32,000 nucleotides of DNA from Alkalilimnicola ehrlichii MLHE-1 (GTDB lineage: Bacteria > Pseudomonadota > Gammaproteobacteria > Nitrococcales > Halorhodospiraceae), in the NCBI RefSeq assembly GCF_000014785.1, contig NC_008340.1:2550001-2582000 (forward strand). Reading direction: 5' to 3'. The position numbers and the translations under genes are program-made. Shown piece after piece: positions 17,554 through 26,534 of this stretch; the first letter of the stretch is position 1, and each line of letters starts with the position of its first letter. Under the pieces are notes generated by a model that did no database searches, was not told the origin of the DNA, and was given only the letters and a program-made list of their open reading frames with translations.

Positions 17554-18423
17554 ATGGAACAATCTCAGACGATGGAATCCCAGAAACAACACCCCCCGGT
17601 CTACAGCTGCGAGTTCTTCCCCCCGCGCACCGAGCAGGGGGTGGAGAAGCTACGTACCACCCGTGAGCGCCTCGCGCGCCTGAACCCGGCCTACTTCTCG
17701 GTGACCTTCGGCGCCGGCGGCTCCACCCGCGACCGCACCTACGAGACGGTCACCGAGATCCAGCGCAGCGGCCTGGAGGCCGCGCCGCACATCTCCTGCA
17801 TCGGCTCCACCCGGGAGAGCATCCGCGAGCTGCTGCACGGCTATCGGGAACAGGGCATCCGCCGCATCGTCGCCCTGCGCGGCGACATGCCCTCCGGCAC
17901 CCGCGACGTAGGCGAGTTCCGCTACGCCAACGAACTGGTGGCCTTCATCCGCGCGGAGACCGGCGACCACTTCCACATCGAGGTGGCCTGCTACCCGGAG
18001 TTCCACCCGCAGGCCCGCGACGCCGAGGCCGACATGGACAACTTCGCCCGCAAGGTCGAGGCCGGGGCCGACGCCGCCATCACCCAGTACTTCTTCAACG
18101 CCGACGCCTACTTTCACTTCGTCGGCCAAGCGGAGAAACGGGGCGTGACCCTCCCCATCGTCCCGGGCATCATGCCCATCATCAACTTCACCCAGCTGGC
18201 CCGCTTCTCCGACGCCTGCGGCGCCGAGATCCCGCGCTGGCTGCGCAAGCGGCTGGAGGCCTATGGCGACGACAAGGCCGCCATCCAGGCCCTGGGCCAT
18301 GAGGTGGTGCGGGATCTCTGCCAGCGGCTACTGGACGGCGGCGCCCCGGGGCTGCATTTTTACAGCATGAACCAGGCGCGCCCGGTGGAGCGCCTGTGGG
18401 CCGACCTGCAGCTCCCCCGCTGA
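17554..18423 (+). CDS. metF: 5,10-methylenetetrahydrofolate reductase
   Basis: The track ORF 17536..18423 starts at TTG. I use the first ATG at 17554 (alternative 17572), and no strong SD is visible. The sequence is YSCEFFPPRTEQGVEKL...FSVTFGAGGSTRDRTYE...EAAPHISCIG...IVALRGD...ITQYFFNAD...HFYSMNQA. Confidence 0.88.
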   Translation: MEQSQTMESQKQHPPVYSCEFFPPRTEQGVEKLRTTRERLARLNPAYFSVTFGAGGSTRDRTYETVTEIQRSGLEAAPHISCIGSTRESIRELLHGYREQGIRRIVALRGDMPSGTRDVGEFRYANELVAFIRAETGDHFHIEVACYPEFHPQARDAEADMDNFARKVEAGADAAITQYFFNADAYFHFVGQAEKRGVTLPIVPGIMPIINFTQLARFSDACGAEIPRWLRKRLEAYGDDKAAIQALGHEVVRDLCQRLLDGGAPGLHFYSMNQARPVERLWADLQLPR

Positions 18424-18473
18424 GCGGATGGAGCCGTCCGCCCACGGCCAAACCGGGCATTGGGGGGCGCGCA

Positions 18474-18959
18474 ATGACCGGAAAGGCAGCCAAACGTCTC
18501 TGGGTCGGCTGGCGGGAGTGGATCGCCCTGCCCGCCCTGGGCATCGACCGCATCAAGGCCAAGGTGGACACCGGCGCGGCCACCTCCGCGCTGCACGCCA
18601 TCCACCTGCACCGCTTCCGTGAGGGCGGGCGGGATCGGGTGGTGTTCCAGGTGCACCCGATCCAGCGGGACGCCCACACCACCCGGGACTGCGTGGCCGA
18701 CCTGCTGGACGAGCGGGTGGTCACCAGCTCCACCGGCCACCGGGAGCGGCGCCTGGTGATCCGCACCCCCTTGCAAATCGGCGATCAGCGCTGGAATATC
18801 GAACTGACGCTGACCAACCGGGACAGCATGGGCTTTCGCATGCTCATCGGCCGCCGCGCCATGCGCGGCCACCTGTTGGTGGACCCCAGCCGCTCCTATC
18901 TGGGCGGTATCGAGCAGCACACCCCGGGCCCCCGACGCAGCCCCACATCCCGCAAATGA
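18474..18959 (+). CDS. RimK-associated retropepsin-like / 'ATP-dependent zinc protease' family protein (RimB-like, DUF785)
   Basis: I use the internal ATG at 18474 of track ORF 18396..18959. The sequence is [42 protein letters not shown]...[12 protein letters not shown]. The DTGA motif is present. The stop overlaps the rimK ORF start (ATGA at 18956-18959). Confidence 0.7.
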   Translation: MTGKAAKRLWVGWREWIALPALGIDRIKAKVDTGAATSALHAIHLHRFREGGRDRVVFQVHPIQRDAHTTRDCVADLLDERVVTSSTGHRERRLVIRTPLQIGDQRWNIELTLTNRDSMGFRMLIGRRAMRGHLLVDPSRSYLGGIEQHTPGPRRSPTSRK

Positions 18960-19891
18960 GTGAGCCCGCAGGCATGCCCGAAGCGATGAACATCCTGATC
19001 CTGTCGCGCAACAGCCGGCTCTACTCCACCCGGCGTCTGGTCGAGGCGGGGCGCGAGCGCGGTCACCAGGTCCGGGTGGTGGACCCACTGCGCTGTTACA
19101 TGAACATCAGCCCCCACAAGCCCGAGATCCATTACAAGGGCGAGACGCTGGAGAACTTCGACGGCGTGATCCCCCGGATTGGGGCCTCCATCACCTTCTA
19201 CGGCACGGCCGTGTTGCGCCAGTTCGAGATAATGGGCACCTTCCCGCTCAACGAGTCGGTGGCCATCAGCCGCTCCCGCGACAAACTGCGCTCCACGCAA
19301 CTGCTGGCGCGCAAGGGGATCGGCCTGCCGATGACCACTTTCGGCTACTCGCCTGACGACACCGAGGACCTGATCAACCTGGTGGGCGGCCCGCCCATGG
19401 TCATCAAGCTGCTGGAGGGCACCCAGGGCAAGGGGGTGGTGCTGGCCGAGACCCAGCAGGCGGCGGAGAGCCTGATCGATGCCTTCCGTGGGCTAAATGT
19501 GCACTTCCTGGCCCAGGAGTACATCAAGGAGGCCGGGGGCTCGGACATCCGCTGCTTCGTGGTGGGCGAGCGGGTGGTGGCCTCCATGCGCCGACAGGCC
19601 AAGGAAGGGGAGTTCCGCTCGAACATCCACCGCGGCGGCCAGGCGAGCACGGTGCGTATCACCCCCGAGGAGCGCAGCATGGCGGTGCGTGCCGCCCGCA
19701 TCATGGGCTTGAACGTGGCCGGTGTGGACCTCATCCGCTCCGCCCATGGCTCGCTGGTGCTGGAGGTGAACTCATCGCCCGGGCTGGAGGGCATCGAGAA
19801 GGCCACCGGCAAGGACATCGCCGGCACCATCTACGCTTTCCTGGAGAAGAACGCCCGCCAGGGCAAGACCCGGACCCGGGGCCGCGGCTAG
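18956..19891 (+). CDS. rimK: ribosomal protein S6 L-glutamate ligase (ATP-grasp)
   Basis: 311-aa ORF. From the ATG at 18986 it reads [41 protein letters not shown], co-linear with E. coli RimK as I recall it. The true start is therefore either 18956 (coupled ATGA) or 18986. Confidence 0.9.
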   Translation: MSEPAGMPEAMNILILSRNSRLYSTRRLVEAGRERGHQVRVVDPLRCYMNISPHKPEIHYKGETLENFDGVIPRIGASITFYGTAVLRQFEIMGTFPLNESVAISRSRDKLRSTQLLARKGIGLPMTTFGYSPDDTEDLINLVGGPPMVIKLLEGTQGKGVVLAETQQAAESLIDAFRGLNVHFLAQEYIKEAGGSDIRCFVVGERVVASMRRQAKEGEFRSNIHRGGQASTVRITPEERSMAVRAARIMGLNVAGVDLIRSAHGSLVLEVNSSPGLEGIEKATGKDIAGTIYAFLEKNARQGKTRTRGRG

Positions 19892-19935
19892 CGTTACGGC
19901 GGGACCGGACGAACGCCCGGCCCCGCGTGCCCCTA

Positions 19936-20988
19936 TTACCGGGCGGGGATGATCGGATCGTCCTCGTCCGGTCCCTCGCCGCTGACCAGACGCGCCTGGG
20001 CCAGGTTCTCCCCCACCAGGGTCTCGATCTCCAGCACGCCCTTCACCGCCCCGGGCACCCAGGCCACCGGGCGACCGCTGGGTGAGCGGATCACCCGGCT
20101 GCCGTCACGCACCTGCAGGCTCATGCCCTCGCTCAGACCGGCGGCCTGGCCGGCGCCGAGGAAATAGACGCCCTCCTCCTCGGCAAAGCTGCGGGTGAAC
20201 CAGGGGGCGTTGCCCATGCGGTCCATCATGCCCAGGAGTACCCGGTCGGCGTAGGCCTCCAGCGCCGGGCGGGCCACCTGACCGTCCACGGCCGGCAGTT
20301 CCACCGCGCTACCGGCGTACTCGGCGTCCAGGCCGACATCGAAGGTGGTGGTGCGCAGGCGTACCGCATCCTCGCCCCGTGGCTCGACCTCGATCAGCGC
20401 GAGCATCCGCAGTCCGGGATACCGGGACAGCCCGGCCAGGCAGTCACTAACCTCCCCCGCCGTGCAGCCGTAGTCAGCAATCTGGGAGCGCACCAGCTCG
20501 CTGCCGGAGAAGAGCAGTGGGTAGTCCCGGGAGACCCCGGCCAGCGCATTGCCCAGGCGGGTCTCCAGGCCGCCGTCCGGCGTCTGGATGATGACCCCCA
20601 CGTGGGGCAGCAGCGCCCCTTCCGGCCGCTGTGCCGGCCGGTGCACCCCGCGCTCGGTGCCCTCCGCGGCCAGCGCCTGTTGCTGCAGCGACCGCTCCAG
20701 CTGCTGGATCCGCTGCTCCAGGGCCTGCTCGCGCTCACTGTCATCGGGCCCACCGCGGCCGAACAGCCGGTCCAGCAGCGGACGCTCATCGCGCTCGGCC
20801 TCGTCCTGCTCCTCACACTGCTCCGGCCAGAAGACGCAGGTCAAAACGCCCTTGCGCTCGAACTCGTGATCCCAGGGGGTGCGCTGTTCACGCTCGGGCG
20901 GTTGCACCCCACCCGTACCGCAGCCCGCCAACAGGGCAAGGGAAAGCAATAAAACAACGAGAGACAACAGCTTGCGCGAGACGGACAT
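19936..20988 (-). CDS. hypothetical lipoprotein (350 aa)
   Basis: I use the internal ATG at 20988 of track ORF 19936..21192. The lipoprotein signal MSVSRKLLSLVVLLLSLALLAGC has an LAGC lipobox. An acidic, coiled-coil-like segment follows (EREQALEQRIQQLERSLQQQALAAEG), then a globular C-terminal part. I recognise no family. The upstream 68 codons of the ORF run into the repeat cluster. Confidence 0.6.
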   Translation of the reverse strand: MSVSRKLLSLVVLLLSLALLAGCGTGGVQPPEREQRTPWDHEFERKGVLTCVFWPEQCEEQDEAERDERPLLDRLFGRGGPDDSEREQALEQRIQQLERSLQQQALAAEGTERGVHRPAQRPEGALLPHVGVIIQTPDGGLETRLGNALAGVSRDYPLLFSGSELVRSQIADYGCTAGEVSDCLAGLSRYPGLRMLALIEVEPRGEDAVRLRTTTFDVGLDAEYAGSAVELPAVDGQVARPALEAYADRVLLGMMDRMGNAPWFTRSFAEEEGVYFLGAGQAAGLSEGMSLQVRDGSRVIRSPSGRPVAWVPGAVKGVLEIETLVGENLAQARLVSGEGPDEDDPIIPAR

Positions 20989-21104
20989 GTTCACCTGGCC
21001 GGGTTGTGGGGAGTGATGATGACAGCCGACAAGGTTAAGCCGGTGCCGGCGTCTCGGCAAGCCTGTTGGAGCACTTGATCGAGCGGGAAGGGCCCGCCGC
21101 CCCC

Positions 21105-21512
21105 ACTCCCACTGCGAGCCCTCGCCCCCATCACCCGTCACTGCGGGCCCCCGAAGGGGACGCGGCAGTCCAGGCCGCGTGTGGATTGCCACGTCGCTTC
21201 GCTCCTCGCAATGACGGGGTGGTGACCCCCACCGTCATCGCGAGCCCCGACCTATCACCCGTCACTGCGAGCCCCAACCCATCACCCGTCACTGCGAGCC
21301 CCAACCCATCACCCGTCACTGCGAGGAGCGAAGCGACGTGGCAGTCTACCCCTCTGGATGGCCACGGGCCTTCGGCCCTCGCGATGACGGGGAGGAGGTG
21401 GACGGCCTCGCGGTAACGGGGGTACGCCGTTCTTCCTTGATTCGGGCCCGCGCAGCCGGGGGGGTGAGGCTCGCGATGACGGTGCGAAAAGCTTCCGGGC
21501 TCGTGAGGACGG
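21105..21512. repeat. REP/REPIN-like element cluster D: two full elements, a 27-bp-period head array, and degenerate half-sites
   Basis: A variant full element spans 21137-21215 (gtcactgcgggcccccgaaggggacgcggcagtcc...ctcgcaatgac). Heads sit at 21234, 21261, 21288 and 21315, a 27-bp period. A full element spans 21315-21388. Half-sites lie near 21408, 21469 and 21498. Confidence 0.85.
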
Positions 21513-21536
21513 AAAATGCCGTTATGCAGCCAACCG

Positions 21537-22187
21537 TCAGAACGGCTCGGGGATGCCGATGGCCTCGTCCCAGCGGTTGACGATGCCGCAGAACAGGTCC
21601 GCCGTCTTCTCCGCATCGTAGATCGCCGAGTGGGCCGCCTTGCCGTCCCACTCCTCGCCCGAGGCCACCAGGGCCTTGGCCAGCACGGTCTGACCGTAGG
21701 CCAGCCCGGCCAGGGTCGCGGTGTCGAAACTGGTGAAGGGGTGGAAGGGATTGCGCTTGATGCCGCAACGCTGCACCGCCGCGTTCAGGAACCCCAGGTC
21801 AAAAAAGCTGTTGTGGCCGATGAGCACGGCCCGGTTGCACCCGGTCTGACGCACCTCCTGGCGGATCGGCCGGAAGACCTTCTTCAGCGCCTCGTCCTCC
21901 GGCAGGGCCATGCGCAGCGGGTGGTCCGGATCGATCCCGTTCAGTTCCAGGGCCTTGGGGTCGATATTGGCGCCCTCGAAGGGCTTCACATGGCAAGTGT
22001 GGGTCGCGGCCGGGTAGAGCCGCCCGTTCTCGTCCATGCGCAGCACCACGGCCGCGATCTGCAGCAGCGCATCCGTCGCCGCATTGAGCCCGCCGGTCTC
22101 CACATCCACCACCACGGGCAGGAAGCCACGGAACCGCTTGCTGATGCGCTGGCTGAAGTTGGTGCCTACCGGGTTGGGTTCACTCAT
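21537..22187 (-). CDS. rnt: ribonuclease T (DEDDh 3'-5' exonuclease)
   Basis: I use the internal ATG at 22187 of track ORF 21537..22505. The sequence is [47 protein letters not shown]...[16 protein letters not shown]...[14 protein letters not shown]. The upstream part of the ORF is repeat-derived. Confidence 0.9.
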   Translation of the reverse strand: MSEPNPVGTNFSQRISKRFRGFLPVVVDVETGGLNAATDALLQIAAVVLRMDENGRLYPAATHTCHVKPFEGANIDPKALELNGIDPDHPLRMALPEDEALKKVFRPIRQEVRQTGCNRAVLIGHNSFFDLGFLNAAVQRCGIKRNPFHPFTSFDTATLAGLAYGQTVLAKALVASGEEWDGKAAHSAIYDAEKTADLFCGIVNRWDEAIGIPEPF

Positions 22188-22267
22188 CTCGCTCTCGGAC
22201 CGGGGGTGAACCGGCCATCTTAAGCACCCAGGGGAAGGGCTGCAAGCGGCGGGGAGGCACCACCTCC

Positions 22268-22735
22268 CGTCATGGCAAGGGCCGAAGGCTTTCCCCCCGT
22301 CATCGCGAGGGCCGAAGGCCCGTGGCGATCCCGAGGGGTAGACTGCCACGTCGGCTTCGCCTCCTCGCAGTGACGGTGGGGGCAACCTTCCGCTTCCGGC
22401 ACAGTCCAGTTCTTCAAGAGGAGCGCAGCGACGTGGTGATCCACACCCCGCCTGGACTGCCTGCCACGCCCCTGCGGGGGCTCGCAGTGACGGTGGAGGC
22501 GGCACCCACCCCCGTCATCGCCAGGAGCGAAGCGACACGGCGATCCACACCCCGCCATGGACTGCCACGCCCCTACGGGGCTCGCAGTGACGGTGGGGCG
22601 GCACCACTCCCCGTCATCGCGAGGAGCGCAGCGACGTGGCGATCCAGACGCCGCATGGACTGCCACGCCCCCTTCGGGGGCTCGCAGTGACGGGTGATGG
22701 GGGCGGGGGCTCGCGGTGACGGGTGATGGGCGGGG
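22268..22735. repeat. REP/REPIN-like element cluster E: one canonical element plus three elements of a second subtype, and half-sites
   Basis: The canonical element spans 22299-22374. Subtype-2 elements span 22418-22491 (left head missing), 22514-22591 and 22613-22691 (gtcatcgcgaggagcgcagcgacgtggcgatccagacgccgcatggactgccacgcccccttcgggggctcgcagtgac). A half-site ctcgcggtgac lies near 22713. Confidence 0.85.
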
Positions 22736-22750
22736 GCGCACGCCCGGTTT

Positions 22751-24349
22751 TCAGGCCGGGCTCAGGGCCGCCGCCAGCAGGCGTTGGGTGTAGGGGTGCT
22801 CGGGGCGCTCGAAGACCCGGTCGGCGTCGCCCGACTCGACCACCTGGCCGTCCTTCATGACGATGATGTGGTGCGCGAGCGCCCGCACCACCTTCAGGTC
22901 GTGGCTGATGAAGAGATAGGCCAGCCGGTGGCGCGCCTGTAACTCGCGCAGCAACGCCACCATGCGCGCCTGCACCGAGCGATCCAACGCCGAGGTGGGC
23001 TCGTCGAGCACGATCAGCTTGGGCTTGAGCACCAGCGCCCGGGCCAGCGCCACCCGCTGGCGCTGGCCGCCGGAGAGCTCGTGGGGGTAGCGGTTCATCA
23101 CCGCCTCCGGCAGCCCCACCTCCGCCAGGGCCTGCCCGATCAGCCGGTGGCGCTCCGCCTCTCCCATGCCCGGGGCATGCACCTCCAGGCCCTCGGCGAC
23201 GATCTGCGCTACCGACAGCCGCGGGCTGAGGCTACCGTAGGGGTCCTGGAAGACCATCTGCATGCCCTTGCGCAGGGGCCGCAGCGCCTTGGGCTTCAGC
23301 CGCGAGATGTCGCGGCCGTCGAACACCACCCGCCCCTGCGCCGCCAGCAGCCGCAACACCGCCTGGGCCAGGGTGGTCTTGCCGGAGCCGCTCTCCCCCA
23401 CCACACCGATGGTCTGCCCCGGGGCCAGGGCCAGATCCACGCCGTCTACCGCCTTCACATAGCTCTGCACCCGGCGCAGGAAGCCCCCGCGCACCGGGAA
23501 GTGCACCTTGACCGCGTCGGCGGTCAGCACCGGCCCCTGCCCCCCGGGCACCGGCACCGGCCGGCCGGCGGGCTCGGCCTCGATCAGCTCACGGGTGTAG
23601 GGGTGGCCGGGGCTGTGGAAGAGCGTCTCGGCGGGGGCGGCCTCCAGCAGCTCACCATCGCGCATGACCGCGATGCGGTCGGCCATGTGGCGCACCACGT
23701 TCAGGTCGTGACTGATCAGCAGCACCGCCATGTTGAAGCGCCGCTGCAGGTCGCGGATGAGCTGCAGGATCTCCGCCTGCACGGTCACGTCCAGCGCCGT
23801 GGTCGGCTCGTCGGCGATCAGCAGCCTCGGGTTGTTGGCCAGGGCCATGGCGATCATCACCCGCTGGCGCTGGCCGCCGGAGAGTTCGTGGGGGAAGCTG
23901 CGGATCTGGCGCACCGGGTCGGGCAGCTGCACCAGATCCAACAGCTCCAGGATGCGCCGCCGGGCCCGGGCACCGGTCAATCCCTGGTGGATGCGCAGGG
24001 TCTCGCCGATCTGGCGGTCGACCCGGTGCAATGGGTTCAGGGAGGTGAGCGGCTCCTGAAAGATCACCCCGATGGGCCCGCCGCGCAGGTGACGGAGCAC
24101 CGCATCGGGGGCGCCGAGGATCTCCTCACCCTCGAAACGGATGCTGCCCCCCGGGTGCCACGCGCGCGGATAGGGCAATAACCCCAGCACCGAGAGCGCC
24201 GAGACCGACTTGCCGGAGCCGCTCTCGCCCACCAGGGCCAGGGTCTCACCGGCGTCCACCCGCCAGCTCACACCGCGCACGGCGCGGATCTCCCGGCCTT
24301 CCGAGCGGAAACTCACTTGCAGGTCCCGGACCTCCAGCAACGCACTCAT
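22751..24349 (-). CDS. yejF: ABC transporter ATP-binding protein with duplicated ATPase domains (YejF-like, peptide/microcin C-type importer)
   Basis: 532 aa. There are two Walker A sites (GESGSGKS and GESGSGKT) and two LSGGQRQR signatures. Its ATG overlaps the yejE stop. Confidence 0.88.
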   Translation of the reverse strand: MSALLEVRDLQVSFRSEGREIRAVRGVSWRVDAGETLALVGESGSGKSVSALSVLGLLPYPRAWHPGGSIRFEGEEILGAPDAVLRHLRGGPIGVIFQEPLTSLNPLHRVDRQIGETLRIHQGLTGARARRRILELLDLVQLPDPVRQIRSFPHELSGGQRQRVMIAMALANNPRLLIADEPTTALDVTVQAEILQLIRDLQRRFNMAVLLISHDLNVVRHMADRIAVMRDGELLEAAPAETLFHSPGHPYTRELIEAEPAGRPVPVPGGQGPVLTADAVKVHFPVRGGFLRRVQSYVKAVDGVDLALAPGQTIGVVGESGSGKTTLAQAVLRLLAAQGRVVFDGRDISRLKPKALRPLRKGMQMVFQDPYGSLSPRLSVAQIVAEGLEVHAPGMGEAERHRLIGQALAEVGLPEAVMNRYPHELSGGQRQRVALARALVLKPKLIVLDEPTSALDRSVQARMVALLRELQARHRLAYLFISHDLKVVRALAHHIIVMKDGQVVESGDADRVFERPEHPYTQRLLAAALSPA

Positions 24350-25419
24350 CCGCGCACCCCCGCCGCATTCACCTGGCCCAGGGTCTTGCGCGGGTCAAAG
24401 GCATCGCGCACCGCCTCGCCGATAAAGATGAGCAGCGTCAGCATCACCGAGAGCACGACGAACACCGTGATGCCCAGCCAGGGGGCGTGCAGGTTGGCCT
24501 TCGCCTGGGCCAACAGCTCACCCAGCGAGGGCGCACCGGGCGGCAGCCCGAAGCCGAGGAAATCCAGGGCGGTGAGCGTGGTGATCGCCCCGGAGAGGAT
24601 GAAGGGCACGAAGGTCAACGTCGCCACCATGGCGTTGGGCAGCGCATGGCGCAGGATGATGGTGCGGTCGGGCACCCCCAGCGCCTTGGCCGCCTTCACG
24701 TACTCGAAGTTGCGCACCTTCAGGAACTCGGCACGCACCACCGCCACCAACGTGGTCCAGGAGAAGAGCAGCATGATAAACAACAACCACCAGAAGCTGG
24801 GCTGTACCAGGCTGGCCATGATGATCAGCAGATAGAGCACCGGCAGGCCGTTCCAGATCTCGATAAAGCGCTGGGCCAGCAGGTCCAGCCAGCCGCCGAA
24901 GTAGCCCTGCACCGCCCCGGCCAGCACCCCGATGACGGAACTGGCCACGGTGAGCGCCAGCCCGAATAACACCGAGATGCGAAAGCCGTAGATCAGCCGG
25001 GCGGTCACGTCCCGCGCCTGGTCGTCGGTACCCAGCCAGTTCTCCGCCGACGGGGGCGCCGGCGCGGCGTGCTCCAGGTCGTAATTGATGGTGTCGTAGC
25101 TGTAGCGGATAACCGGCCAGAGCATCCAGCCCTTCTCCTCGATCAGCTCCGCCACAAACTCGTCCCGGTAGTCGGCGGCGGTGGCGAAATCGCCGCCGAA
25201 CTCGGTCTCCGGGTAGTCCCGGAACACCGGGAAGTAATAGGCTCCGTCGTACTGCACCACCAGCGGCCGGTCGTTGGCGATGAACTCCGCGCCCAAGGTC
25301 AGGCCGAACAGCGCCAGGAAGAGCCACAGCGACCACCAACCGCGGCGATTGGCCTTGAACTGCTGCCAGCGCCGCCGGTTGAGCGGGCTGAGTCGGAAGC
25401 TCGGACGCCAGCCCGCCAT
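24346..25419 (-). CDS. yejE: ABC transporter permease (YejE-like)
   Basis: 357 aa, polytopic, of the BPD-transport (OppC/DppC-like) type. It has 4-nt overlaps with both neighbouring genes. Confidence 0.85.
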   Translation of the reverse strand: MAGWRPSFRLSPLNRRRWQQFKANRRGWWSLWLFLALFGLTLGAEFIANDRPLVVQYDGAYYFPVFRDYPETEFGGDFATAADYRDEFVAELIEEKGWMLWPVIRYSYDTINYDLEHAAPAPPSAENWLGTDDQARDVTARLIYGFRISVLFGLALTVASSVIGVLAGAVQGYFGGWLDLLAQRFIEIWNGLPVLYLLIIMASLVQPSFWWLLFIMLLFSWTTLVAVVRAEFLKVRNFEYVKAAKALGVPDRTIILRHALPNAMVATLTFVPFILSGAITTLTALDFLGFGLPPGAPSLGELLAQAKANLHAPWLGITVFVVLSVMLTLLIFIGEAVRDAFDPRKTLGQVNAAGVRG

Positions 25420-26510
25420 CAGCCCGCCCTCCGCTCGAAGTCGATCCGCGGGTCGATGGCCACGTACATCAGGTCGCCGATGAGGTTCAGCACCAGCCCG
25501 AGCAGGGTGAAGATGAACAGGGTGCCGAAGACCACCGGGTAGTCCCGGTTCACCACCGCCTCGAAGCCCAGCAGCCCCAACCCGTCCAGGGAGAAGATCA
25601 CCTCAATCAGCAACGCCCCGGTAAAGAGGATGCCGATAAAGGCGGCCGGGAAGCCGGCAATAACGATGAGCATGGCGTTGCGGAAGACGTGGCCATAGAG
25701 CACGCCGCGCTCGGTGCAGCCCTTGGCACGGGCGGTCATCACGTACTGCTTGTTCACCTCCTCCAGGAAGCTGTTCTTGGTGAGCATGGTCAGCCCGGCG
25801 AAACCGCTGATCACCATGGCCAGCACCGGCAGGGTGATGTGGTGCAGGTAGTCGAGGATGCGCATGGGCCAGCTCAAATCGTGCCAGTTGTCGGAGACCA
25901 GCCCCCGCAGCGGGAAGAGATCCAGCCAGGAGCCGCCGGCGAAGAGCACGATGAGCAGGATGGCAAACAGGAAGTTGGGGATGGCGTAGCCGACAAAGAC
26001 CACCGCCGAGGTGGTGAGATCGAAGCGGCTGCCGTCGCGCACCGCCTTGCGGATGCCCAGGGGGATGGAGATGAGGTAGACCAGCACGGTGGTCCACAGG
26101 CCCAGGGAGATGGAGACCGGCAGCCGATCGCGGATCAGCTCGATGACGGTCCGGTCGGCGTAGAACGACTCGCCGAAGTCGAACCGCAGGTAGTTCCAGG
26201 TCATCTGCAGGAAGCGCTCGTGGGCGGGCCGGTCGAAGCCGAACTGCGCCTCCAACTCGGCGATGAACTCCGGGTGGAGGCCGCGGGCGCCACGGGAGAC
26301 CTCGTCGGCCATCCCGGTGGCGTCGCCCGCCTCGCGGGCATCCACCCCGGTAAAGCGACCGGTGGCATCCGCCATGCTGCCCTGCACCTGGGCGGCGATC
26401 CGCTCGATGGGCCCGCCGGGGGCGAACTGCACGATGGCGAAGTTGATGACCATGATCCCAAGCAGGGTCGGGATCATGAGCAGCAGGCGCCGGGCGACAT
26501 ACCCCCACAT
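25419..26510 (-). CDS. yejB: ABC transporter permease (YejB-like)
   Basis: 363 aa. The OppB/DppB-like N-terminus is [34 protein letters not shown]. It starts at ATG. Confidence 0.85.
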   Translation of the reverse strand: MWGYVARRLLLMIPTLLGIMVINFAIVQFAPGGPIERIAAQVQGSMADATGRFTGVDAREAGDATGMADEVSRGARGLHPEFIAELEAQFGFDRPAHERFLQMTWNYLRFDFGESFYADRTVIELIRDRLPVSISLGLWTTVLVYLISIPLGIRKAVRDGSRFDLTTSAVVFVGYAIPNFLFAILLIVLFAGGSWLDLFPLRGLVSDNWHDLSWPMRILDYLHHITLPVLAMVISGFAGLTMLTKNSFLEEVNKQYVMTARAKGCTERGVLYGHVFRNAMLIVIAGFPAAFIGILFTGALLIEVIFSLDGLGLLGFEAVVNRDYPVVFGTLFIFTLLGLVLNLIGDLMYVAIDPRIDFERRAG

Positions 26511-26534
26511 GGGTCAGGTGGTGGTCCCCATCAC

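Noticed and set aside
16374-17555. Track ORFs on both strands across the array encoding repetitive peptides ([26 protein letters not shown]..., [27 protein letters not shown]..., [19 protein letters not shown]...).
   Set aside because: These are open in several frames on both strands only because the unit lacks stops. Frames switch at each 94-bp unit. There are no SD sequences. Similar pseudo-ORFs appear at every other repeat cluster (9270-9812, 11506-11769, 21066-21416, 22220-22741). They are repeat-translation artefacts.
19892-19935. GC-rich inverted repeats between the convergent rimK and lipoprotein genes (GCGGG...CCCGC and CCCCGC...GCGGGG) as a bidirectional terminator.
   Set aside because: The stems are short and overlapping and have no flanking T/A runs. 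Termination is plausible but not supportable from sequence alone.
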